The notes beneath the pieces were generated by a model. That model had not been told where the DNA came from, ran no database searches, and worked only from the letters and a program-made list of their open reading frames with translations. The position numbers and the translations under genes were made by a program. Shown here piece by piece: positions 1 to 9,576 of a stretch of DNA of 59,538 nucleotides. Each line of letters opens with the position of its first letter. The stretch's first letter is position 1. The DNA comes from Mycobacteriales bacterium (GTDB lineage Bacteria > Actinomycetota > Actinomycetes > Mycobacteriales > QHCA01). Location: positions 1-59,538 of the forward strand of contig JBBPZR010000030.1 in assembly GCA_038276285.1 (NCBI GenBank), in the 5' to 3' direction.

Positions 1-201
1 CGGGTGCAGGCCGCCGTCGACCGTCGCTTCAACCGGTCGCGGTACGACGCGGCCCGCACGGTCGAGGTGTTCAGCGCGCGGCTGCGTGAGCAGGTCGACC
101 TCGACGCGCTGGCCAGGGACCTGCTCTCCGTCGTGCACCGGACCATGGAGCCGGCAGCGGTATCGCTGAGGCTACGCCCCGGTGGGGGGATCACGCCGTG
201 A
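1..201 (+). CDS. C-terminal fragment of a kinase-less sensor-like polytopic membrane protein (paralog P0; 5' end outside window)
   Basis: Frame 1 is open to TGA 199-201. It encodes RVQAAVDRRFNRSRYDAARTVEVFSARLREQVDL..., the conserved family tail. nt 1-101 are identical to 1206-1306. Confidence 0.8.
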   Translation, partial: RVQAAVDRRFNRSRYDAARTVEVFSARLREQVDLDALARDLLSVVHRTMEPAAVSLRLRPGGGITP

Positions 202-1406
202 GGGCCACCGCCCAGGTTCGCCGGCTCCCGTGGATTCTGTGGGGCCTGGCGATGGTGCTGGTGGCACTCGGCGACGGCCTGCTCGCCCTCCATGCCACCC
301 ACTCGCCGGCCCGGCTGTTCGACTCGTGGCCGAGAGTCACGCTGAACGCCGTGGCGTTCGCCACTGTTGGTGCCGTGGTAGCGGCCCGCCGTCGGGACAA
401 TCCGATCGGGTGGCTCTTCCTCGTCGTGGGTGTCGGGTCGGCCGTGCAGATGGTCACCGGTGAGTACGCGATGTATGACCGCTACGTCCTCAGGGACGGG
501 CTGCCGGGGACGGCGGTTTCGGCCTGGGTCTCCGCCGTCGTGGCTTTCGCCTCCTTTGACGTGGTGTCTTTCGTCGCCTTGGTGTTCCCGGCTGGCCAGT
601 TCGTTTCTCCGCGATGGCGCCGTTTCGGATGGGTCGCTGTCGTGCTCATGGTGCTCTCGGGCGTCGCCATCGCGCTGTCACCCGGCGAGTTCCATGACAC
701 GGCCGGGATCGACAATCCGTTCGGCCTGGACCCGCAAGGAGGCTTGATCCGGTCATTCGGCGCGTTCGCTGCTCTGCCAGTCTTCTTCTTCCTTCTCTTG
801 CTCGTGGCTGGCATCGCGTCGCTGCTGATTCGGTGGCGGCGCTCCGGGACGGAGCAACAGGCCCAGTTGAAGTGGGTCGTCTTCGCAGCGGCCTTCGGGT
901 TCGGCGGCATCGTGTTGGCCACCCTGCTCTACGCACTCGTAGGTGGCTGGGTCCTCACCATCGCGTGGACGGTGGGGCTGGCCGTCGTGCCAGTGGCGGC
1001 CGGCATCTCGATCCTGCGTTACCGGCTCTACGACATCGACCGCATCGTCAGCCGTACCGTCAGCTATGCCGTGGTCACCGGTCTCCTTATCGCCGCGTAC
1101 GTCGGGCTGGTGACCGCCGTGACCCGGCTGACGCCCACCGGCAACTCCCTTGCCGTCGCCGGCTCGACGCTCGCCGTCGCTGCGCTGTTCCAGCCACTGC
1201 GGCGGCGGGTGCAGGCCGCCGTCGACCGTCGCTTCAACCGGTCGCGGTACGACGCGGCCCGCACGGTCGAGGTGTTCAGCGCGCGGCTGCGTGAGCAGGT
1301 CGACCTGGAGTCGCTGACCGGCGACCTGATCGGCGTCGTCCGAGGAACCCTCCAGCCGTCGTCGCTCGGAGTGTGGCTGCGTTCCCCGGGCGGGGTGGCG
1401 AGATGA
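198..1406 (+). CDS. Polytopic membrane protein, paralog P1 (sensor-kinase-like membrane module, no kinase domain)
   Basis: 402-aa ORF. GTG 198 overlaps the P0 stop (GTGA). About 9-10 hydrophobic segments. Motifs [64 protein letters not shown]. Confidence 0.85.
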   Translation: MRATAQVRRLPWILWGLAMVLVALGDGLLALHATHSPARLFDSWPRVTLNAVAFATVGAVVAARRRDNPIGWLFLVVGVGSAVQMVTGEYAMYDRYVLRDGLPGTAVSAWVSAVVAFASFDVVSFVALVFPAGQFVSPRWRRFGWVAVVLMVLSGVAIALSPGEFHDTAGIDNPFGLDPQGGLIRSFGAFAALPVFFFLLLLVAGIASLLIRWRRSGTEQQAQLKWVVFAAAFGFGGIVLATLLYALVGGWVLTIAWTVGLAVVPVAAGISILRYRLYDIDRIVSRTVSYAVVTGLLIAAYVGLVTAVTRLTPTGNSLAVAGSTLAVAALFQPLRRRVQAAVDRRFNRSRYDAARTVEVFSARLREQVDLESLTGDLIGVVRGTLQPSSLGVWLRSPGGVAR

Positions 1407-2608
1407 GCACCCGGCTCGCGCGGCATCCGTGGTTGCCCTATGCGCTCCTCGGCCTGCTGCTGGCCACCGTGGCGGCGGGTGACGGCCTGCGGATCGTCCA
1501 TGTCCTGCAGTCGTCGGCGCCGGCTTACGACTATTGGCTGGAGAGCACGGTGCACGCGTTGACGTTCGGCCTGGTGGGCGCGGTGGTGGCGCGGAACCTA
1601 CGGGGCAACGCGGTGGGCTGGCTGCTCCTGGGCGTCGGCAGCGCATCGGCGGCCCTCCTGCTCGCTGGTGAGTACGCGATGTACGGCCATTTCGTCCGGC
1701 GTGATCACCTGCCCGGCGGTTCGGTTTCCGCCTGGCTTTCGGCCGTACTAGCGATAGCCGTTCTCGCGGCGATTCCGGTCGCGGTGCTCCTCTTTCCCGA
1801 TGGCCGACCGGTCTCGAGGCGGTGGCGTCCCTGGGTACGGCTCTGCGTTGCCAACGGAGTGCTCCTGATGGCGGGGGTGGGTTTCGCGCCGGGCCCGTTG
1901 TCCGACACTGGAGGTATCCGCAATCCGTTCGGCATCCTGCCGGGCGGGTCCGTGACCAGGATCTGGCTCACGGTCGGTCCGACCGTCCTCATCGCCTGCG
2001 CGTTCGCCGCGGTGACGTCGCTGGTCGTGCGCTGGCGGCGCGCCACGGCGGACGGGCGCCAACAGCTCAAGTGGGTTGCCTTCGCCGGAGCCACCGGCCC
2101 GTCCGCGATCCTGCTGTTTTCGCTGCTGCTGCCGCACCTCACCCACAGCCGGTTCGGTAACCTCCTGTGGGCGTTCGGGCTCGCCGTGATCCCGGTCGCG
2201 GCCGGCCTTTCCATCCTGCGTTACCGGCTGTACGAGATCGACCGCATCGTCAGCCGGACGGTGAGCTACACCCTGGTCACCGGGCTACTCGTCGCCGTCT
2301 ACGTCGGGCTGGTCACCGTCGTCACCCGGCTCACGCCAACGAGCAATTCGCTTGCGGTAGCCGGCTCCACGCTAGCCGTCGCTGCGCTGTTCCAGCCGTT
2401 GAGGGGGCGGGTGCAGGCCGCCGTCGATCGTCGCTTCAACCGATCCCGCTACGACGAAGCGCAAACGGTGGAAGCGTTCAGCGCCCGGCTGCGCGAACAG
2501 GTCGACCTCGACGCACTAGAGGCCGATCTGGTCAAGGTCGTTGGCGAGACGATGCAGCCGAGCCGGGTGTCGCTGTGGCTACCCGAGCGGGCTGGAGTTG
2601 TGCGTTGA
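1403..2608 (+). CDS. Polytopic membrane protein, paralog P2
   Basis: ATG 1403 overlaps the P1 stop (ATGA); the track start at 1373 is an in-frame alternative. Same motif set (LFPDGRPVSRRWRP, NPFG, QLKW, ILRYRLYEIDRIVSRTVSY, VDRRFNRSRYD). Confidence 0.85.
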   Translation: MSTRLARHPWLPYALLGLLLATVAAGDGLRIVHVLQSSAPAYDYWLESTVHALTFGLVGAVVARNLRGNAVGWLLLGVGSASAALLLAGEYAMYGHFVRRDHLPGGSVSAWLSAVLAIAVLAAIPVAVLLFPDGRPVSRRWRPWVRLCVANGVLLMAGVGFAPGPLSDTGGIRNPFGILPGGSVTRIWLTVGPTVLIACAFAAVTSLVVRWRRATADGRQQLKWVAFAGATGPSAILLFSLLLPHLTHSRFGNLLWAFGLAVIPVAAGLSILRYRLYEIDRIVSRTVSYTLVTGLLVAVYVGLVTVVTRLTPTSNSLAVAGSTLAVAALFQPLRGRVQAAVDRRFNRSRYDEAQTVEAFSARLREQVDLDALEADLVKVVGETMQPSRVSLWLPERAGVVR

Positions 2609-3780
2609 ATCAGCGGGTAGCGGCCCGGGTGGCGTGGGGGTCCTGCGCGATCTCCGCCGGATTCCTCGTCACTGCCGCGATCTTCGTGGTGCTCAACTCT
2701 TTCTCACTGGACATCTTCTACGGCTGGGAGCCGGCGATCGGGGTCACCTTCCCGGCCGTCGGCGCGCTGATCGCGGCACGCCAGCCGCGAAACCGCCTCG
2801 GTTGGTTGATGTGCGGCATCGGCCTGGTCGCTGCGATGGACTTGGCCGTGGGGACGTATGTCGCATGGGCGTTGTCGGCGCAGCCGCACCTGCCGGGACT
2901 CGTCTGGTTCGGGTGGGTCAACGAGTGGCTGTGGATCCCGCCGCTCGGCGCGGTCTTCACACTGCTCCTCCTGCTGTTCCCCGACGGGCGGTTGCCCTCG
3001 CCGCGATGGCGCACAGTAGCCATCGCCGCGATCGTCGCCGTCATCTCACTGGCCGTAGGCGTCGCCGTCCACCCAGGTCGACTGCAGACCTTTCCTCGTC
3101 TCACGAATCCGCTCTTCGGCCCTGGCGCTTCCATCAGCGCGGATCTGCTCGCCCCCATCGCCTTACCGATAGCGCTCGGCTGCGCACTCGCCAGTCTCGC
3201 GGCCCTGCTCATCCGGCTACGCCGAGCGCACGGAGTGGAGCGCCAGCAGCTCAAGTGGTTCACGTTCGCGGGCTTCGTGAGCCTGGTCGAGATCGTCGGT
3301 GCGGTCCGGGTCGACACGCATGGCGGATTCAGCGCGGCACTGCAGTTCGCCGCCGTGTCCACGCTGCCGGTAGCGATGGGTGTCGCCATCCTGCGATACC
3401 GGCTGTACGAGATCGACCGCATCGTCAGCCGTACGGTCAGCTATGCGGTTGTCACCGGACTGCTTGTCGCCGTCTACGTAGTCATGGTCACCGTGGTTAC
3501 CCGGTTCACGCCGACGAGCAATGCGCTGGCGGTGGCCGGCTCCACGCTGGCCGTCGCCGCACTGTTCCAGCCGCTGCGCCGGCGGGTGCAGGCCGGTGTC
3601 GACCGCCGCTTCAACCGGTCGCGCTACGACGCCGAGCGGACGGTGGAGGGGTTCCGCCACCGCCTCCGCAACGAGGTCGCCCTCGATGCGGTCCGCGCGG
3701 ACCTGCTCGGCGTCGTCCGGACGACGATGCAACCGGCGCATGCGTCGGTGTGGTTGGCCCAGAGCGACGGGTCGCGATGA
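2605..3780 (+). CDS. Polytopic membrane protein, paralog P3
   Basis: Track ORF 2167.. runs through an alternate frame of P2. Family-like sequence begins after 2608. Candidate starts are TTG 2605 (TTGA overlap) or GTG 2629, so the start is uncertain. Motifs LFPDGRLPSPRWR, NPLFG, QLKW, ILRYRLYEIDRIVSRTVSY. Confidence 0.8.
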   Translation: MNQRVAARVAWGSCAISAGFLVTAAIFVVLNSFSLDIFYGWEPAIGVTFPAVGALIAARQPRNRLGWLMCGIGLVAAMDLAVGTYVAWALSAQPHLPGLVWFGWVNEWLWIPPLGAVFTLLLLLFPDGRLPSPRWRTVAIAAIVAVISLAVGVAVHPGRLQTFPRLTNPLFGPGASISADLLAPIALPIALGCALASLAALLIRLRRAHGVERQQLKWFTFAGFVSLVEIVGAVRVDTHGGFSAALQFAAVSTLPVAMGVAILRYRLYEIDRIVSRTVSYAVVTGLLVAVYVVMVTVVTRFTPTSNALAVAGSTLAVAALFQPLRRRVQAGVDRRFNRSRYDAERTVEGFRHRLRNEVALDAVRADLLGVVRTTMQPAHASVWLAQSDGSR

Positions 3781-4805
3781 CAAGGGCCGCACGCGTGTTC
3801 CCAGTGATCGTCTTCCTCCTGCTTGGAAGTGCGATCACGCTGCTCGCGGTGCACAAGGTGGTCAGCACGGCACCGATCTTCGTCACCTGGTTCGAACCGA
3901 CGGTCAACGGTCTGGCGTTCGGCACCCTCGCGACCGTCGTCCTGCGGCACCAACCCGGCACCCGGATGGGCTGGGTATTCGCGGCGCTCTCGCTGCTTGC
4001 CGCGGTTCAAGTGTTCAACGGCGAGTACGCCGTTTTCGCCGAGGCTGTCCACCCGTTGCCGGCGGCCGGCGTAACAGCGCTGGTCGCCGAACTCATGACA
4101 CCGTTCGTGCTTCCGCTCGTCGTCGTCGTCGTGCTGCTGTATCCGGACGGTCGGCCGATCACGTGGCGCTGGCGGCTTGTGCTCCAGCTCATTGTCGCCA
4201 CGGCCGTGGTGGAGTTCGTGCCGGCGTTGCTGCATTCGGGTGGCTATGACGACCTGCCCGGTTATACGAATCCCCTGGGCGTTACGGCGCTGAGTCCGGT
4301 GATCAGGTCGATCGACCAGTGGGCGGCGCGGGTAGAGGTGGTCTGCCTGGCAACGGCGATGATCGGGGTGGGCCTGCGGTACCGCCGCGCCGGCAGCGTG
4401 GTGAGGCAGCAGCTGAAATGGTTCGGCCTCGCCGTTGGGCTTTTCGTCGCCTTGCTCCTAGCCATCATCCCGGCGCAACACCGGCTGCCGAACTGGGCGG
4501 GGCACGTGGCCTTCGGGCTCGGTCTCGTCGGCTTCGCGGTGGCCATCGGATTCGCCATCCTGCGGTACCGGCTCTACGACATCGACCGGATCGTCAGCAG
4601 GACGGTCGGCTACGCGGTGGTCTCCGGAGTGCTCGTAGCGGCCTACGTAGGTATCGTCACAGCCGTCACTCGGCTGACGCCGACGAACAATTCGCTGGAG
4701 GTTGATCTCGGGGTGGTGCGGGCCGACCTGCTCAGCGTGGTGAACCAGACGATGGAGCCCGCGGTGGCCGGGATCTGGCTGCGTGAGTCTCGGGGGCCGG
4801 CATGA
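3777..4805 (+). CDS. Polytopic membrane protein, paralog P4, with an in-frame deletion of the conserved C-terminal helix
   Basis: ATG 3777 overlaps the P3 stop (ATGA). It has [40 protein letters not shown]. After ...TNNSL it jumps straight to EVDLGVVRADLL..., losing about 48 aa ([21 protein letters not shown]). Confidence 0.75.
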   Translation: MTRAARVFPVIVFLLLGSAITLLAVHKVVSTAPIFVTWFEPTVNGLAFGTLATVVLRHQPGTRMGWVFAALSLLAAVQVFNGEYAVFAEAVHPLPAAGVTALVAELMTPFVLPLVVVVVLLYPDGRPITWRWRLVLQLIVATAVVEFVPALLHSGGYDDLPGYTNPLGVTALSPVIRSIDQWAARVEVVCLATAMIGVGLRYRRAGSVVRQQLKWFGLAVGLFVALLLAIIPAQHRLPNWAGHVAFGLGLVGFAVAIGFAILRYRLYDIDRIVSRTVGYAVVSGVLVAAYVGIVTAVTRLTPTNNSLEVDLGVVRADLLSVVNQTMEPAVAGIWLRESRGPA

Positions 4806-5998
4806 CGCGGACACTGCCGAGATGGGCAGCACCGGCGACCGCGTTCGGCGGCTACGCAGCCTGCCTCGCTCTGCTCATCGCGACGGGGTGGCTGGTGACG
4901 TACAACGGCCTGTCCACCGGCACCCTGTCCGGGCCCGACGTCGCGGTTGCTGCCACGTTCCCGGCGGTCGGTGCGGTCCTCGTGGCGCGTCGCCCGGAAA
5001 ACCGGATCGGGCAGCTGCTGCTGCTCGCCGGGTTCAGCGCCTCGATGCAGGTGTTCGGCGGGCAGTACGCCTGGTACGCGCTGCACGTGCGGCACGGCGC
5101 GGTGCCCGGCGGAGTCTGGATGCTCTGGGTGTCGGACTGGGTATGGGTCCTGGCGTTCAGCAGCATGGCGTTGTTCCTGGTCTTGCTGTTCCCTACCGGC
5201 CGCCTCCCATCGTCGCGGTGGCGTTTGGTCGCCTGGTTCAACGGCTTGCTCGCCGTGCTCCTGTTGCTCGTGGCCGCATTCCATCCGGGGCACCTGGCCG
5301 ATGATCCGACCGAGCCGGTGAACCCGGTCGGGATCGCGGTGCTCGCCAGGGCGGACGTCGTCGTCACCGTGCTGTCCCTGATGGCGTTGACATCGATGCT
5401 CGCCTGCGTCGCGCGGCTCCTCCTTCGATTCCGCAGAGCCGACGTCGTCGAGCGCGCTCAGCTCAAATGGTTCGTCTTCGCCGCCTCGGCCGCGGTCACG
5501 ACGCTGTTCCTCGACGTGGTGACCGGCTACAACGTCGCCACCGTGTTGGACTGGCTGAGCGCGGTGGCAATCGGTGCTCTCCCGATCGCCATCGGTGTCG
5601 CGATCCTGCGCTACCGGCTCTACGACATCGACCGACTGATCAGCCGGACGGTGAGTTACGCCGTTATCACCGCATTGCTGCTCGCTGTGTACGTCGGGTT
5701 GGTCACCTCCGTGACACGTCTCGCGCCGGGCGGCAGCTCACTCGCGGTGGCCGCCTCGACACTTGCGGTCGCGGCGTTGTTCCAGCCGGTGCGGCGTCGG
5801 GTGCAGGCGAGGGTCGATCGGCGGTTCAACCGCGCTCAGTACGACGCCGAGCGCACGGTCGACGCGTTCAGCCGCCGCCTGCGCGACGAGGTCGATCTCG
5901 GGGCGGTGCGGGCCGACCTGCTCAACGTCGTGAACCAGACGATGGAGCCCGCGGTGGCCGGAATCTGGTTGCGCGACTCGCGGCAGGTGGCCAGGTGA
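4802..5998 (+). CDS. Polytopic membrane protein, paralog P5
   Basis: 398-aa ORF. ATG 4802 overlaps the P4 stop (ATGA). Full motif set including LFPTGRLPSSRWR and VDRRFNRAQYDAERTV. Confidence 0.85.
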   Translation: MTRTLPRWAAPATAFGGYAACLALLIATGWLVTYNGLSTGTLSGPDVAVAATFPAVGAVLVARRPENRIGQLLLLAGFSASMQVFGGQYAWYALHVRHGAVPGGVWMLWVSDWVWVLAFSSMALFLVLLFPTGRLPSSRWRLVAWFNGLLAVLLLLVAAFHPGHLADDPTEPVNPVGIAVLARADVVVTVLSLMALTSMLACVARLLLRFRRADVVERAQLKWFVFAASAAVTTLFLDVVTGYNVATVLDWLSAVAIGALPIAIGVAILRYRLYDIDRLISRTVSYAVITALLLAVYVGLVTSVTRLAPGGSSLAVAASTLAVAALFQPVRRRVQARVDRRFNRAQYDAERTVDAFSRRLRDEVDLGAVRADLLNVVNQTMEPAVAGIWLRDSRQVAR

Positions 5999-7170
5999 CC
6001 GCACGAGTGCAGGCGACGCTGGCGTGGGTGGTAGCCGGGGTGTGCACACTTGGCGCGATCGCGGCGATCGTCCTTGGCGTCCTGAACGATGTGCCGTCCC
6101 TGGTTGGCTTCGCGGTCACACTGGTGGCCGCGCTGAGCTTCACCGTGACCGGTGCGGTACTGGTCAACCGGCTGGGGGGCAACCTGGTCGGCTGGCTGCT
6201 CTGCGTGGTGGGGGCGAGTGTGCTCCTCCTGCTCGGCGGCGAGCAGTACGCCCGCTACGCCCTGAAGACGTCGCCGGGGGCGCTCCCGGGCCCGCTGGTG
6301 GCTGCGTGGGTCAGTGGCTGGATATACGCCCCGATGCTGACCGCGCTCGCCATCTGGCTGCCCCTGCTCTTCCCTACGGGCCTGCTGCTCAGCCGGCGGT
6401 GGCGACCGGTCGCCTGGAGCGGTGCGGCCTTCCTCGTCCTCGCCGTTCTCGGGAACGGCCTGATGCCCAACAGCAGTGAGGTGCAGGGGATCGGTGTCGT
6501 GCGAAACCCGTTCGCGCTGCCGGCAGCAGTACCCGTGCTACGAACCCTGCAGGGCCTCGATCTTGCCTGCCTCGTCGTGGCGCTGACCGGCTCTCTGGCG
6601 TCGCTGGTGCTGCGCTTCCGGCGCGCCGGCGATATCGAGCGGAGGCAGATCAAGCTGGTGACCGCGGCGTTGGCGCTTACCCCGGCCCCGTTCCTGGCCC
6701 ACGACCTCGCCCCGGCGCTCAGCCAGCCACTGACCGCCGTGGGTTTGCCGCTGGTGCCGATCGCGGTGGCGGTTGCCGTCCTGCGCTATCGGCTCTACGA
6801 CATCGATCGGGTGATCAGCCGGACGGTGTCGTACGCAGTGCTCACCGCGCTGCTTGCAGCGGTCTACGTCGGACTCGTCACGGTGGCGACCCGACTGTTG
6901 CCCACGAACGACTCGCTGGTGGTCGCCGCGTCGACGCTTGCTGTCGCCGCGCTCTTCCAACCGATGCGCAAGCGGATACAGCGCGTGGTCGACCGCCGGT
7001 TCAACTGTACGAAGTACGACGCCGAGCGCACGGTTGACGCGTTCAGCCGCCGCCTGCGCGACGAGGTCGACCTCGAGGCGGTACGGACCGACCTGCTCGC
7101 GGTCATCGGCACCACAATGCAGCCGGCCGCTGCTGGTCTGTGGCTGCGCGACGCGCCGGAGGTGCGGTGA
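5995..7170 (+). CDS. Polytopic membrane protein, paralog P6
   Basis: GTG 5995 overlaps the P5 stop (GTGA); track ORF 5467.. is an alternate-frame extension. Motifs [64 protein letters not shown]. Confidence 0.85.
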   Translation: MTARVQATLAWVVAGVCTLGAIAAIVLGVLNDVPSLVGFAVTLVAALSFTVTGAVLVNRLGGNLVGWLLCVVGASVLLLLGGEQYARYALKTSPGALPGPLVAAWVSGWIYAPMLTALAIWLPLLFPTGLLLSRRWRPVAWSGAAFLVLAVLGNGLMPNSSEVQGIGVVRNPFALPAAVPVLRTLQGLDLACLVVALTGSLASLVLRFRRAGDIERRQIKLVTAALALTPAPFLAHDLAPALSQPLTAVGLPLVPIAVAVAVLRYRLYDIDRVISRTVSYAVLTALLAAVYVGLVTVATRLLPTNDSLVVAASTLAVAALFQPMRKRIQRVVDRRFNCTKYDAERTVDAFSRRLRDEVDLEAVRTDLLAVIGTTMQPAAAGLWLRDAPEVR

Positions 7171-7316
7171 TGAGTCCGGGTCGACGTGGCCAGCGGCCGC
7201 AACGTGAACTTCGACCAGCACTGGCTTCCCGGCGTCTTCTGGGCGATCGGCTGGCCAATGCTCGGTGCTGTCGTCCTGTCCAATCACCGCGCAACCGGCT
7301 GGCCTGGGTCTTCCTC
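7170..7316 (+). pseudogene. Decayed 5' remnant of a P8-like paralog
   Basis: ATG 7170 overlaps the P6 stop (TGATG), the same junction as P7/P8 at 9574-9578. The sequence matches 9576-9800 but lacks 77 bp (9585-9661) and 1 nt in 'caatcac(c)cgcgcaacc'. The frame is destroyed and homology ends at about 7316. Confidence 0.7.
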
Positions 7317-7356
7317 TGATCGGCGCCGGCTGCTCCTTCAGAGCTTGGCCCGTCGA

Positions 7357-7604
7357 TCAGCTGGCGCGAGGGGCGTACATGATCACGGCGACGCCGATCA
7401 GGCAGGTCGCGGCGCCGAGGAGGTCGTAGCGGTCGGGGCGATCGGTCGACGGCCATGCCCCAGGCGAGGGAACCGGCGACGAAGGTGCCGCCGTAGCCGG
7501 TGAGAATCCGGCCGATGTTCGGGTCAGATTGCAAGGTGGCGACGAAGCCGTAGGCCCCCGAGGGCGGCGAGGAGAAACAGCGGGATCGAGCCGAGCACAT
7601 GCAT
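7357..7604 (-). pseudogene. ynfA: YnfA/UPF0060-family small membrane protein, disrupted (two frameshifts plus an internal deletion)
   Basis: Three frames on the minus strand give [17 protein letters not shown] / [38 protein letters not shown] / [26 protein letters not shown]. Together these match the YnfA pattern (GR.Y.AYGG.Y......W....D......D..GA...L.G...I), with about 27 aa missing. Confidence 0.65.
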
Positions 7605-7758
7605 TCACGGCAGCGAGCGGCCGGGGACGAGGCGTCCCGACCGGTTGAGGGTGACCCGTCAATAGCCCGGACGGGTCATTGACACTCGCACCCCGCACCT
7701 TGGGAACCTGCCGTCGAGTGACCCGCCGGCCACCGTGGCCGATGTGGGAGGAGTCCCG

Positions 7759-8238
7759 ATGAGAGGGATCAGGCTCGGATTTGTCGCTGGCACGGCGGGT
7801 CTGCTGTTGGCGGCGGGCACCCCGGCCGCGCTGGCGGGTGGAAACGGCGCACAGACCTTCACCCAGCACGACCGCAACGTCAACCAGGTGATGACGGAGA
7901 ACGCCAACCCCTGTACCGGGGATCTCGGCACGCTGACCCTGCACTTCTCCGACGTCTTCCACGGCACGATCAACAAGACCGGCTCGTGGTTCACCGGCAC
8001 GATCCACGGCACGCTCTCGTTCGTGCCCGACGACGCGACCAAGCCGTCCTATACCGGTCACTTCACTACCTGGTTCGGCGATGAGAACAACCAGAAGAAT
8101 GAAGTCGAACACTCCACGTTCAGCGTCCACTCCGTGGGCTCGGATGGCTCGCATCTCAGCTTCCACGAGACCTCGCACGCCGGGACCAACGCCAACGGCA
8201 CGGTGACGGTGTCCTTCGACAAGATGCGCTGCGGCTAG
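7759..8238 (+). CDS. Small secreted protein of unknown function
   Basis: ATG 7759 is preceded by GGGAGGAG. Signal-peptide-like MRGIRLGFVAGTAGLLLAAGTPAALA. Strong GC3 codon bias. His/Thr-rich mature part with 2 Cys. Confidence 0.75.
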   Translation: MRGIRLGFVAGTAGLLLAAGTPAALAGGNGAQTFTQHDRNVNQVMTENANPCTGDLGTLTLHFSDVFHGTINKTGSWFTGTIHGTLSFVPDDATKPSYTGHFTTWFGDENNQKNEVEHSTFSVHSVGSDGSHLSFHETSHAGTNANGTVTVSFDKMRCG

Positions 8239-8445
8239 AGCGGCCGGTTGTCGGCCGGACCCGGTCGCAGCGGCGCGCCAAGGACAGGCCGGTCCGGGGC
8301 GCGCAGGAGGGAGTACCGCGTCAGTCGTCGGGACGACGGTATTTGCCCCTCACCCTTGATCCCGTTCGTCTCGTAACGCATCCGTCACGGTTGGGGCGGA
8401 GTGTGACGGCAACGGGGCGCTACGAGGGAGAGGTGAGGCTGCGAG

Positions 8446-9576
8446 GTGCTGCTGCGCGTGCTGCGGGTCTCCTGGGTGGCGGTCACGGTGGTGTCGCTGC
8501 TGGTAGGCGTCGTTGCCGGCTGGCCGGTCACCAACTTGCAGCAGCTTCCGGTGCCGCTGGTGTTCGCCGCGGTGGGTCTGGTGCTGAGCGTGCGGCTCCC
8601 GAGCAATCCGGTCGGCTGGTTCTTCGGTGGCGGGGCCCTCGTGGCGTCGTTGCTCTACGCCGCCCAGAACATGGCGACGGCACCAGTCGGGCCGTCCGTG
8701 GCCGCCTGGAGCGCGTGGCTGGGCACCTGGCCGATCCCGCTCACCTTCATCTTTCTGGCCCTACCCATCGTCTATTTTCCCGACGGCTGCCTGCCGTCGC
8801 CGCGCTGGCACGCGCTCATCGTGGTGGTCGTCGCGGTGGCCGTGCTCGACGGCTTGGTGGCGGCTCTCGGGGATGCGTTGTTCACCCGGAACTACCCCCA
8901 CCTGCATGACCCGGTCCAGCTCGTGTCGCGGCCGCTGGCAACCGCGGTCAACGGTGTGCTCGAACCGGTGCAGCTGTTCGGCTTCCTGGTGGCCGCCACC
9001 GCCGTCGGCGTGCGATTCCGTCGTTCCCGTGGCGCCGAGCGCGAGCAGCTGAAGTGGTTCCTGTTCGCCGTGACCGTCGTCGCCGTGTCCTTTGCCATTC
9101 TGGCCAACGCGCCCCTCGGCATCGAGCCGGTCGTCGCCTACGAGCTGTTCGTGCCACTGATCCCCTGCGCCGTCGCCGTGGCGATCCTGCGCTACCGGCT
9201 CTACGACATCGACCGGCTCGTCAGTCGTACCGTTTCTTGGCTGCTGGTGAGCGGTTTGCTGGCCGGCGTCTACCTCGCCATGGTGATCCTGGCGACGCGA
9301 GCGCTGCCGGTGTCGTCGTCGTACGGCGTAGCGGCATCCACCTTGGCGGCCGCGGCGCTGTTCCAACCGATCCGCCGGCGGGTGCAGGCCGCCGTCGACC
9401 GCCGGTTCAATCGCACCAGGTACGACGCCGAGCGCACGATCGACGAGTTCAGCCGCCGGCTTCGGGGCGAGGTCGACCTCGAGGCGGTACGGACCGACCT
9501 GCTCGCGGTCATCGGCACCACAATGCAGCCGGCCGCGGCCGGCCTGTGGCTGCGCGACGCGCCGGAGGTGCGCTGA
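8446..9576 (+). CDS. Polytopic membrane protein, paralog P7
   Basis: 376-aa ORF, GTG start. Motifs [69 protein letters not shown]. The last 42 aa are identical to the P6 tail. Confidence 0.85.
   Translation: MLLRVLRVSWVAVTVVSLLVGVVAGWPVTNLQQLPVPLVFAAVGLVLSVRLPSNPVGWFFGGGALVASLLYAAQNMATAPVGPSVAAWSAWLGTWPIPLTFIFLALPIVYFPDGCLPSPRWHALIVVVVAVAVLDGLVAALGDALFTRNYPHLHDPVQLVSRPLATAVNGVLEPVQLFGFLVAATAVGVRFRRSRGAEREQLKWFLFAVTVVAVSFAILANAPLGIEPVVAYELFVPLIPCAVAVAILRYRLYDIDRLVSRTVSWLLVSGLLAGVYLAMVILATRALPVSSSYGVAASTLAAAALFQPIRRRVQAAVDRRFNRTRYDAERTIDEFSRRLRGEVDLEAVRTDLLAVIGTTMQPAAAGLWLRDAPEVR

Noticed and set aside
7186-7503. 105-aa ORF starting in the paralog remnant.
   Set aside because: It is a chimera of the decayed P8-like 5' fragment and sequence antisense to the ynfA pseudogene, with no independent support.
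7652-7684. 9-bp inverted repeat TGACCCGTC/GACGGGTCA next to a TTGACA hexamer upstream of the secreted-protein gene, as a promoter/operator.
   Set aside because: No convincing -10 element lies at the proper spacing, so it cannot be supported from sequence alone.
8343-8909. 188-aa ORF overlapping the start of paralog P7.
   Set aside because: It is an alternate frame of P7 with Arg/Gly-rich composition, and P7 carries the family motifs.
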